A stretch of 64,000 nucleotides of DNA from Octopus bimaculoides (Eukaryota): the NCBI RefSeq assembly GCF_001194135.2, contig NC_069001.1, positions 6,016,727-6,080,726 of the forward strand, in the 5' to 3' direction. A model generated the notes under the pieces. The model ran no database searches. It was not told the origin of the DNA and was given only the letters and a program-made list of their open reading frames with translations. Within the stretch, counting starts at the first letter, position 1. Each line of letters opens with the position of its first letter. The position numbers were made by a program, and so were the translations under genes. Positions 10,087-21,897 of the stretch are shown here, piece after piece.

Positions 10087-13000
10087 CACGGAATGAAAAG
10101 AACCGAAAGAAATATAGCACACGGTATTTTCTCCGATGCTCTAACGATTCGACTAGTGCATGGCCCTTAACAATTTTAAAAATATATAAAAATAGATGAC
10201 GCTGTGTGTGTGTGTAAAAGCAAACAAATAAATAACAAATGATTAGTGAATGTCTGTTATTGTTATTTATTTTTTGCTTACAATACACCAAAAGAGATTT
10301 CGGACCCATAGGACATCCTGGAGTAAACCAAACATCATGTGACTAATACAACGTGCGCTTTGGACGCATCTCTGTGTACATTACCTGAATATTTCATTGG
10401 ATGTGCATCAGGACCCAGTATATTCATTCGATTAAAGGTGGTGTTTACAAGTTAATTCGACCCAGCCTAATGCCTATCATTTAAGCACCTGATTATACAC
10501 ACACACACATAGAATAAGACAGAAGACAAAGAGAGACATGTGAGTGTATATGTGCCTGTGTGTATATGTCTGCGCGTGTCTGTGCATACACTAACGCGCA
10601 TACACACGTATGTCATAGTGCATATGGCTGTGAATGGTTGTGTTTGCATGTGACTGTATACGTATGGTTGATTCCTTGAATGGAATGAGTTTTGCTCTGT
10701 GTATAACTGCGTCCGGTTGTGTGTGAGAGAGGCCATATGTGTGTAGTTTTAATGATGTTACTTAGCTTTTTGTAATATCAGCAACACTAGAAGTGAATCT
10801 GTCTTCCCCTGGGAAGGACGTTCGTCAGTCCTCTACATCAAGATAAAGTGAGTTGTGTATATCTTAAGCTCATATTACCATTGACATATTATTATTAACA
10901 TACTTCTCATATACTCTATAGCGATATATACGAAAATTTATTCTTCTCAGCAATATCTATACAACATCGTTAACCTATACCCCGAAACAGTGTGGCACAT
11001 ACTAAGCGGCTGTATGTATTGTAAATTACTGCACACATTCAAAACAGTGTTTCACACGTGAAAATACTATTACATACACTGAACAAATTAACAGTCAGTA
11101 AACCACTTAGGGGCAATTAAATAGACTTCACACTGTATTCTATTTTTAAATGCCACTTAATTCAGTTATCTCCCTTCATCTTCACTATGCAACGTTTGAA
11201 CTCTCCCATTTTAGATTAGTTTGTTATTTTTGCAGGCCTGTTTCGTTACAGTTTTTTTTCCTTCTTGTAGATTTATTGTTATTATTAGTGTACGCTTTCA
11301 CTGCACTAACTTACCAGCTCATTGCAATTCCTCTATTGTACTGAAATTGAAATTAATCTACGCAATATGTGTGCAGAGCTTATATTATCTATTTTAACAA
11401 TATAGCTGAGTGAAAGTAGCTCAAGAGAGAGTTCTACGTATATAAAACACACATGTGGTAGAGTCTCAACGGAAACCTGATAAAGAGTGCGCTGGGAATC
11501 ATATTTCTTTTACTCCAAATTGAATTACGCCGCTTGTGACCGAAAATATAACTTTAAGACACTAACTGTTCCTCTGAATTAATTATCAAAGGATTCTGGG
11601 AACGAGATGTTTAAGATGAAAATATAAAATTTTGTTTCTTCTGAACACCTTTAAAATGTCAGAAAGACATCGAAAACTCGCGTAAAATACTTGTTCACTG
11701 TGATAAGACAAAAAATATTCTCTATGGAAGCTACATACCTACTCATTCTAGATTTCTTTCAAACAACATTACAAATAGACACATAATAAAACAAACTGTT
11801 ACACGTATCGTAAAATTTATAAAGCAGAAACATTAGCCATGAAATTGAAAATAGGAGAAATTTAATGTTTAGCATCACATAAACTATAAACTGCATTTAA
11901 AAACCGCCAAAATTAACTTTCTGACTGACCCGAATGTGAATTTATTATCCTAGCAAAGAGCAAACGAGACGTGTTTGTTAAACATAATTCGATACAAACA
12001 TGGTTTAAAATTAGTCAAACCACGAATTAAACTTATAGAAAAATAACAGCAGTATAATCAGTTTGTGAAACTAAATAGACAGCATAATACACGATACAAT
12101 ACAAGCGTTTGCCCTTTGACAAAGTAGACTTTTTTCCATTCACTTTTAGCCCCTTCTTGTCAATGTTCTGAAGTTTAGCAAGATCTTTAACTTATTATAG
12201 TCATTTCGTAATTAGCATTATTGTGCAGACCAGCAGATATTAACTACTGTTTGAAGACAGTATTTGAGTCACACGTAATGGGAACGAACTTTTTGATATG
12301 GCTCTGGACTTGTCTATAATAGTATTGAGGCTTGTAGGTTTATGGAATTATGTATCTTAGACTCACATCATCTTAGGCTCTTCACACCTCAAAGATATAG
12401 ACTTTTATAGAGATGTTGCTTGTTAATTTCCTACCATATGAATAGCCATAATCTTTTTTTTTCAAACCATATTTTGAAGAATCTAGGATATTGCTGTTAT
12501 TGTATTTGTTAAATATCACTGGACTTAACGTTTCCTCACAACTTACACAATTGTATAACTGAACTAATTTTGAAATATCATCAACAAAGCAAGTTTATTC
12601 TATACGAAATATTTTTCTAACTATAGGCTGAATATTTTGCAATTTTGTTGGAATTTCTCTGGAATTTCTCTGGAATTTCTCTGGAATTCCTCGATTAAAA
12701 CTGGTTTTTTTTTTTTATTTATAAATATCCGATGAGCATTAAACATTTTTTCATCTCTAGCCTGCAAAATGCGTCAAAGGCTATACAGTAACAAAGTTTT
12801 ATGGTAAAATATTTCGCAGGAGAACGTAAACGTGATATGATAGGAAAAGTGATATGATAGGAAAAAATTAGTCTGACTGTTGACCCTTGTACACGCTTGG
12901 GTTTCTTTTATTTATTTATTTATTTATTTAAACGCTGACCATCTGTTTTTCTTATACAGTCAATATATATCTTCCAATCTCACATTTTCCTTTCTTTTTC

Positions 13001-13662
13001 CTCTTTCTTCCGCATTTTTATATTACCATAACTTTCGTTATTTCCTTTCGCCGCTTATTCTTTTACATACAACAAACTCTTTCTTGTTCCCTCCTTTCAG
13101 TCACTTAATCACAAACCTCAGACTTTGTTATTCACTTACACAATTCTCTCTAATAAATACGCCTTTTGTCCATAACAATTCAATCCTGATTCTTTCTCCA
13201 TCCATTCAGTCATTTATTTACATAACCACAGGCTTTGCACTTTCTTATTTGCTTTCACACCGTTCCCTCAATAGATCCAATGACACTACTACAGCTAATT
13301 GTATCGACTTATGTCATAGTTCAGCGAACAAACTTCTTTCTTCTTCCATTCATTATTTATCTCTTTTCTTTCTATTGCTTTACTCATTTACTCTTCATGT
13401 TTATCTGTCTACTTCTTCCTTCTCTTTAACTTTTTCCATTTATTGCCTTGCTGTCTGATAGATTTTTGACTCTGTCATTTATGTATATTCCGTAGTAGCC
13501 TTATAGCTAATTATTCTGTTAGCAGTTAAATANNNNNNNNNNNNNNNNNNNNNNNNNNNNNNNNNNNNNNNNNNNNNNNNNNNNNNNNNNNNNNNNNNNN
13601 NNNNNNNNNNNNNNNNNNNNNNNNNNNNNNNNNNNNNNNNNNNNNNNNNNNNNNNNNNNNNN

Positions 13663-13695
<33 letters not shown>

Positions 13696-13748
13696 CAAAT
13701 ACAAACAAACATATGCATATATACATAATACCTTTTCTCTCTTTTCAG

Positions 13749-13949
13749 GTGACGGGATTGGTCATTTCTAAAGCACTGCTCAAAGAAAAAGGTGGAAGTC
13801 AAATTTAAAAGTTCAAATCAAACAGATATAAGCAAAAAAGAAAGTTAAACCAGAAAAGAAAAAGTGAATCTCATCAAACAGATCAAGTGGGATGTATTTA
13901 ACTCTTTGATGCTTGATGCCCGTAACTTGACTCATTGGTTCAAAGGAAG
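13749..13949 (+). other. Probable 5'UTR part of the first coding exon, with upstream acceptor
   Basis: Strong pyrimidine tract CCTTTTCTCTCTTTTCAG ending at 13748. The coding frame is closed between it and the ATG, implying a further non-coding exon upstream. Confidence 0.55.
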
Positions 13950-14148
13950 ATGTCATTTGCAACCATAACTTTGCTATTTTCTTTACTTGTATGTACCATT
14001 CAGTTGAGTAATACTGCAGAAGAGAAACCCTCTTATTGGTACCCACATGACTATCCAAACCCTCGAAAAGAACAGGCAAGATGTGGACGAGAACTGACGA
14101 AACCGTCTTGGCTTTGTGATCCTGATAAGCTTTTAACGGAAAAAGAAG
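13950..14148 (+). CDS. molo-1: MOLO-1-like TPM-domain protein, first coding exon (signal peptide + start of TPM domain)
   Basis: ATG at 13950 with an in-frame TAA upstream at 13923. Translates MSFATITLLFSLLVCTIQLSNTA-EEKPSYWYPHDYPNPRKEQARCGRELTKPSWLCDPDKLLTEKE: hydrophobic signal peptide, then the YPNP...C...SWLCDPD.LL motif I recognise from the MOLO-1 family. Phase-1 donor AAG|GTAAGC at 14149. Symbol denotes family membership, not proven orthology. Confidence 0.88.
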
Positions 14149-15208
14149 GTAAGCATCAGAGATTTTTGTTTGTGATTTTCCCAAGGAAAGAGAGGAAGGA
14201 GTTCTCATGACCTTTGCAAGGCATCCTAGAGATTAGTGACATTAATTCAGCAGGGACCCAACTTGAAATTCTGAGGGTGACGTGTGCAAGAATAATTGTG
14301 CGGTGAGGTAACAGGGTTCCGGAGCGAATGCTCACAATGGAGTGAGCTCCATTGAAGACACTCAAAGCTCAGGTGATGTTATGCAAAGTCATGTGCAGTG
14401 TTTGCAAATTTTAACTGAAAGAGCAGCCCAGTTGACTAATCATGTATTCCTTATAAAGTAGGATAAATATTGACATTGTAGAATACCCATGCAATCAGCG
14501 TTTGAAAGCTTATATTCTGTCCTCTGAAATGATTCTAATTATAGCTCTGGAAATGTCTCCCATATATTAATAACATGGAAATTTTCCAAAGGATTCATTC
14601 CCCGTTCAGAACATATAGTTAAACGAAAGAACAGTGTCTAAATCCGCTTAGCTGAAAACCCATTTAAAAACTGATTATTCCGGTATATAACCCCTTTCAA
14701 ACACTGTCACACAAAAACACCACATCACTCTCGAAGTACATTTGTCTAAAGAAAACCAGAGGTAAGTCTTATGGCATTGTATCGTTTAAAGCGGTCAAAT
14801 AATATTTCAGAGAAATACCAAATCATAACTTACACGACCTACAATGCACAGTAAAACAAACCTAATGTGGACTTCCAGACGCATCATGAAATATTTACTA
14901 TCTCTTTTCGGTGGAAGCAAATACAACACGAGTAATACCCCACGTCACGTGATACACCATCATCTTGTCTTTTGTCCCGACAGCTACAACAAACATCCGC
15001 TAAAGATCTCTAGCTTCAAATTCATGGATGCTAAAGCAAAACCATGACATGAAAGTAGCTACAATCACTAACCTATATATACACACATATTAATTGCTGG
15101 TGTGGAACTGATATTTCGTTATTCAACTGTAACGTACAACCAAACATACTGCTAACACAGGTAGCTCATAGTATTGGCTTATAAAGCTTTTAATATACAT
15201 GGGAATAT

Positions 15209-15390
15209 AAGGCGGCGAGCTGGCCGAGTGAAATGCTTAGCGGTATTTCGTCAAATTCCACCGAGGTCGACTTTGCCTTTCATCCTTTCAGGGTCGATAA
15301 ATTAAGTACCAGTTGCGTACTGGAGTCGATCTAATCACTGCCCACCCCCACCCCAAATGTTTCGAGCCTTGTGCCTGGAGTAGAAAAGAA
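15209..15390 (+). mobile_element. SINE family A (internally deleted)
   Basis: Head, core and tail match the other copies. Confidence 0.85.
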
Positions 15391-15847
15391 TACACTTGGT
15401 AATGTTATATTTCGTTCTTCCTGGATCGAATTTCTCATTACTCTTGACATTTCTACTGTGGTTGTTGTTGTTGTTATAGCTGTTGTTACTCTTCCTGCTA
15501 CTACCGCTATCATTTACATCTAGAGTGAGTGGGGACGTGTGACGGCGAAAGACAATTTCGCGTTCTACATCTCCTCCCACTTCCCTCTCTTGACAAAGAC
15601 GACGCGCCATATTAAATTTTGCAAATTTTGAAAGGAAAATTAATTTTCTTTTCGAGTGATTTTTGCCTCGCAGGGCAAAAAGAAAAAATTAGCACTGTTA
15701 ATCAGACCAATATGATCTAGATTAACTTAGTCACAAATTATAACAATAAAATGTAACAATAACAATCTTTTTAGAGGTAAACAGGGCACACACTTACGGA
15801 GCTCTGAAATACACGTCCATCTCTGGCAACAATAATGATAATAATAA

Positions 15848-15978
15848 TCCTTTCTACTATAGGCACAAGGCCTGAAATTTGGGGGAAGAGGACAGTCGAT
15901 TATATCGACCCCAGTGCGCAACTGGTACTTAATTTATCGACCCCGAAAAGATGAAAGGCAAATTTGAACTCAGAACGT
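15848..15978 (-). mobile_element. SINE family A (core + tail)
   Basis: Reverse complement, closely matching 15209-15390. Confidence 0.85.
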
Positions 15979-16199
15979 TAATAATAATAAATCAGAGCAC
16001 ATACTGCAAAATAGTTTTCTCAGTATTTTAACTATTCTGTCAATTCACCTGATTTTAGACAATCGATAAAATAGTGGATTGTACGAAACCTTGGTCCGGG
16101 CTCGGCAATTCTGATTACTTCTTATATGACAAACGCTTATCTGATTCTACACACCGCAAGTTTTACGAGTGAGTGTAACTAGTCGTTCTAAATCATATA

Positions 16200-16314
16200 C
16201 GTGTGTATGTACGAATGTGTGTATGTAATTGTGTATATGTGTGCGTGCACGTGATGTGGTGCGTATGTATATATTTGTGTGTATGCATCTATGCATATAT
16301 GTTTAATGTATATA

Positions 16315-16362
<48 letters not shown>

Positions 16363-16493
16363 GTATACTCGTAAATACATACACATACATGACTATATTG
16401 TTATACAAATACATATATNNNNNNNNNNNNNNNNNNNNNNNNNNNNNNNNNNNNNNNNNNNNNNNNNNNNNNNNNNNNNNNNNNNNNNNNNNN

Positions 16494-16529
<36 letters not shown>

Positions 16530-17830
16530 ACACATACATACCTGCATACATACATATATGTCTGTGTATATATATATACATGGGCATACACACAGATACA
16601 CACACACGTACGTACACACACACACACACAGATACACACACACACATATAAGCTTTTATGGATATTATATTAGGAAGGATTGCTTTATAGTTGGTGCTAC
16701 TTCATCTGCTGGCTAATATAATTAACAATGCAATGTAGTGGAAGCTATACTCTTGTATAATTTGACCCTGCAGGGATCATTTATCACACATACACTTACG
16801 CATACACAAATTTAAGCAAATACGTACACACACTTACACACACACACACACATACATACATACACACACACTTACACACACTTACACTCACGTATACACA
16901 CATCACATCTGCACGGCTCATTCGTAATCCTGCCGCGTGATTGGCTATAAATAAGATAGTGAATCATTATATCAGGATCCAGAAAGATTGTCTAAGAAAT
17001 CGCCTGCTGCTTACAATGACAATTTCATTTCATTCTTCCAACTTCTTGGTATCAATTTAATTAATTTATCGCGCAAATTCATTACGTGCGTACGTACGTA
17101 CGTACGTACGAAGGGGCCTATGTACATTCATACACGTATACGTATATATACACATACTTACGTACACAAACGTGCATACGTAACATGTGCACATGCTTAC
17201 GTACATACGTGCACACACGTGCATACATATACACATAGATACGTACATATGTTCACATACGTGCATACATACGTTTATATATCTATACATGCATACATAG
17301 ATACATATATACAAAGGTACATGAACATGCACACATACATACATGCATACATACATAAGTACATCCATAGATGTATTTATATATACATGTATGTGTGTGT
17401 GTAAGTGTGCGCGTGTGTATCTGTGTATGAATGTCTGCCTATATACATATAGATGTATATATACGTGTGAGTGTATGTACATATATATACACACACACAC
17501 ATACACACACACACACACATATATGCATGTGTGTAGAGGTATATGCATGCAGCCATACATCCCTACATCACATAGCTGTATATACACACAATCATATATG
17601 ATATATATGTAATATATATATATATGCACATACCCAAACATACATACATACATATACATATATATATATATATATATNNNNNNNNNNATATATATGTATA
17701 TATGTATATGTGTGTGTGTGTGTGTGTGTGTATGCATAGGTGCTCGCATATCGATACACACATACACAAGGACACACAAACACAGATACACACAAACACA
17801 CACACACATATACATGTACGCTAGATACAC
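16200..17830. repeat. Long compound/degenerate (CA)/(TG)/(TA) microsatellite zone, including (GTAC)n at ~17087-17110
   Basis: Direct inspection; interrupted by N gaps and a short unique segment. Confidence 0.9.
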
Positions 17831-18309
17831 GTGTTTGTATACACACATATATCGATGTAATTTGTGGATTCTCCTCCAATCACAGCAATGAGCATTCAGT
17901 TGTTTAATTAATTGAGTTTCGATTCCTGAAACTGACGTATAAGTGGCTGAGTATTTCACAGCAGACACATGTGATTTTAACACAGTTGTGAGGCTGACAG
18001 GGTATGACATGATGTGACACAATGTTGAATCTTTGAATTGCAGGTGCAGAGAGAGTGGGGGAGCAGAAAGAAAGGAAGGAATGAAGGAAGGAAGGAAGAA
18101 TGAAAAAACAAGAAGCAAACAAACAAAAAATCATAGCACTGTTAGTTTATCAAAGCTTACCTCGGCTGAGTTTGAACCCATGGCACATACAGCACACAGT
18201 TGCAGAAGGGATACGCCATGGCATTCGATCTTACGCTCTGACGATTCGGTCCCGTTGGACACAGTTCACATTTATCACACACATAGACACGAGCACACAT
18301 GCAAGCAAA

Positions 18310-18407
<98 letters not shown>

Positions 18408-18497
18408 CACGATGAAAGCAAAACATGTAGCATCTGGTTAGTCACAGAGTGAAGGATATACGAAATCGCATGGAATGATTTTCCTAAAACATCACTA

Positions 18498-18739
18498 CAG
18501 TAATCCCTCACCATATCGCGGATCACCTATCGCGGATCACCTATCGCGGTTTATTATTTAAGCTTACGTCGATTCCTCCGTGATGTTGTTTTGCATTTAT
18601 GATAAAATAAATATATACAAATTCTAAAAATAATTAAAAATATATATATACAGTACAGTACTGTTTCTACTTCGCGGATTTTCACTTATCGCGGGGAACG
18701 TTTTGGAACGTAACACCTGCGATAGTCGAGAGATTACGG
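18498..18739. mobile_element. pogo/Tigger-like MITE (242 bp)
   Basis: Imperfect TIRs CAGTAATCCCTCACCATATCGCG and (reverse complement) CCGTAATCTCTCGACTATCGCAG. TA dinucleotides on both sides (18496-97, 18740-41). Internal CTATCGCGGATCAC repeats. No coding capacity. Confidence 0.75.
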
Positions 18740-18749
18740 TATTATCACT

Positions 18750-18966
18750 AAGGCGAACGTGCTGGCTGAACCGTTAGCACGTTGGACAAAATGCTTAGCG
18801 GTATTTCTACCGACTCATTACGCTCTGAGTTCAAATACTGCCGAGGTCGGTTTTGCCTTTCATCCTTTCAGGGTCGATGAAATAAGTACCAGTTGAAAAC
18901 TGGGATCGATGTAATCAACTTACCCCCTCCTCGAAATTCGCCGTCGTCTGCCAAAATTTAAAACCA
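18750..18966 (+). mobile_element. SINE family A
   Basis: Head, core and tail; starts ~10 bp after the MITE. Confidence 0.8.
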
Positions 18967-19396
18967 ATATTAGGAAGGAATAAATGTCTAGAAAGCAGGA
19001 ACGCTTTATCGTTCGTGAATAAGTCAATGTTGGTCACTATTTCTTGTTAATATCACTTAGACTCACTATGGAGAGTCTGCGTGTGGACGAGAGTGCACTA
19101 AATGCTATCTTCAAGAAGACGCTTTGTTATACTTTTCTTATAAAAATTTTATCAAGTGAACAAAAGCGACAAAGTTTAGGAGGATTGGTTTCAAAGCATC
19201 GTATGGAATTAGAAAATACAAGGAGTGGTCATCAACATATAAATAAGTTGAACAGCAGTAAGACTTTTTTCAATGTTCTCAGAATATAATTATAACAGAG
19301 CTGAGTGCTTTGAAGAAGTCGGATCTCAGAATTGTGAAGAAATGCAGATTAGATAAAAACATTTAAATGCAGCTAAAAAAAAAAAGATAAAGTATA

Positions 19397-19510
19397 GGTG
19401 TGTTGTGTAGCTAAGACTTTAGGATCATGATAATAAGATCGTGGTCTCGATTCTTGACCGAGCGGTGCGTCTTGTCCCTCAGAGGAAGGCACCTCATTTC
19501 TCGCTGCTTC
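19397..19510 (+). mobile_element. Degenerate SINE head (family C-like)
   Basis: GGTGTGTTGTGTAGCTAAG...TCTCGATTCTTGACCGAGCGGTGCGTCTTGTCC. Confidence 0.5.
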
Positions 19511-20589
19511 AGAAATACTCAGTTGAAAATGAATACCATTTTAAATTTGAGAGGGATGGGCGTCCTTTCCAGGAGGTGTTGGGAAAAGTAGGATACTCCG
19601 AGTTTCCCCGATAGCTTCGACTTGATAATACAAAAGCCACAAAAGAAGCTATTCCGAAAAAAGAAAAAAAGAAACAGTCTGTCTTGATTGAAACGCCAGG
19701 GTCATTCGAAGACATTAGCGGGCCACAGTGAGTGAAAGATCCTTTCAACTATCAAAGCATCAATACGTTAGTTAGCAATATATATATTAATGAAAAGTAA
19801 ATGTAAATAATTTAATAATGTATATGTTATCCCTTGAAGAAAATTGTCCAGGTCTCTAATTTGTTTTGGGATAATGCTAAATAGAGCAGGGCCTGTTGAA
19901 GAATAGAAAATTCTGTTGCAGTGAATTAATGTGTTTTCGGTTTGAATTATATAGGAGGTGTATGGCACGAGGTCCTAGCCTTCGATAAATACATATGCAG
20001 TGACAACCTAAAATTTACGTTGTCTGGCGTGGCTATATAGAATTGGGATATAAGATTCAAATTACTTCTCACGATTGTTGTCTTCGTGATTAATTAAAAT
20101 CTGTTGCAAAAACTAACTGTATTCTGTATCTTAATGACGACACGATCGATGATATTAGTATAGTAGCATACGCAATCTGTAGATTGGTTGCAAATTGAAG
20201 GTGAGATAAAGATAGCAGTAAAGTAAAGTGAGTCTTTGTTGTTCATTTGAGTCTGGGAATACAGCCAGGAAATTTAGGGAAGAAGTTTTCCACTAAGTCC
20301 CTTATGTGCCTGTACCTGAAGTGCCGTCAAAACAGTGTGATTCAAGTAATTGTTCCATTGTTATTGCTGTATTTCCAAATAAATTGCCATAACGAGAAAC
20401 AGTAACCGAAAATAAATCGTTTTATTCAGCAAAAACGCTCGACTTCAGTATACGAAGGACAAAGAGTAAACGTCCGTATTAACTGCAAATGGCTGGCAGC
20501 CAGTTTTTAATTAAGATATACCATAATGCATCTGCAATAGAAAAAGCAATTCGTATTGCACGCAAATGCATACACACACACACATAGAC

Positions 20590-20702
20590 ACCGATAGAAT
20601 AACTACTAGGCTTACAAAGAATAAATCCTGCGGTCGATTTGCTCGACTAAAGGTGGTGCTCCAACATGGCCACAGTCAAATGACTGAAACAAGTAAAAGA
20701 GC
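20590..20702 (+). mobile_element. SINE family B tail
   Basis: ACCGATAGAATAA...CGACTAAAGG.GGTGCTCCA.CATGGCC.CAGTCAAATGACTGAAACAAGTAAAAGAG. Confidence 0.8.
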
Positions 20703-21282
20703 AATACACACATCCATACAGACATACAAACAAATATGCATACATACATACATACATACATACATGATTTATTTCTTTGTTTCCTGGTAGAAGATGCAAA
20801 AGTGCACTCCGTACATACTGGATGCTCTACAATGCTTGATGTATGCATGTGGGTATCGAATAATATTTTAAGGCAATGCTTAAAGAATTAAAGCGAACGT
20901 GAGCTTAAGAACAACGAGATCGTGGGTGGGGGTGTGGCTACAAAGAGAATCCTTTGTACGCATTCGAAGACATTCTTGAAGATGTGTTCGTGTATGCGAG
21001 TGCGTGTCAGTGCGTGTGAGGAATATACGATGAGGAGAAAGACTTTAAGACTGCCGATTTAGTCTGAATGACGTCCAATACTTTTGATTAGAGGAAATGG
21101 AATGAAAACTGTGCTGTTCCTTGTGCTACATTTGAGTGTAATATGGTAATAGTGTGTACTTGCGATTCCATGCAGTTTTTTTTTGTTTCTTTCTATTTAT
21201 ATGTATGATACATACATACATACACAGACACACATATACACACACAAACATTTAAATGTATGCAAGTATATACATACATACA

Positions 21283-21318
<36 letters not shown>

Positions 21319-21378
21319 TGTCTATCTATATACATACACACCCACGCATACATATATATAAATGTTTAGATAGATAGG

Positions 21379-21437
<59 letters not shown>

Positions 21438-21814
21438 GGATATATGAGACGTATATGTGTATTGGGTGTAATCATACAAGATGTGCACATCTAGTCAGAC
21501 ACGCGCACAAAAGCAACCACACAGATACATACACTCACACACACCACACACACACACACGCACAAACACAAACGCAAACACACACGCATAAACACACATA
21601 CACAGACATACACTCACACACATGTGTATGTACGTGTACATGTGCGGGCGGGCGTGTGTTGTAAGTTAAAGTAATGGAAAAGAATGTATATATAATTTAT
21701 TAATTAGGTACAAATCCTTAGGCAAGTAGATTTAAGTGCCTTGCCCTGGAACATAAGCCAAATACACTCAACTCTCCTTATGTACTGACGCCTCATGATC
21801 ATGGCGAATTATAC

Positions 21815-21897
<83 letters not shown>

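Noticed and set aside
12646-12688. 11-bp tandem repeat GGAATTTCTCT as an NF-kB site cluster
   Set aside because: Lacks the GGG...CC ends of the consensus; simple slippage duplication is sufficient.
12880-13458. 192-aa F/L/S-rich ORF resembling a membrane protein
   Set aside because: T-rich low-complexity sequence with a non-ATG start and no recognisable motifs; compositional artefact.
13741-13754. Recursive splice site (CAG|GTGACG)
   Set aside because: G and T are common at exon positions +1/+2, and GTGACG is a poor donor match.
13935-14210. 91-aa single-exon ORF starting at TTG
   Set aside because: The real start is ATG 13950. Sequence after 14148 follows a consensus donor and is intronic.
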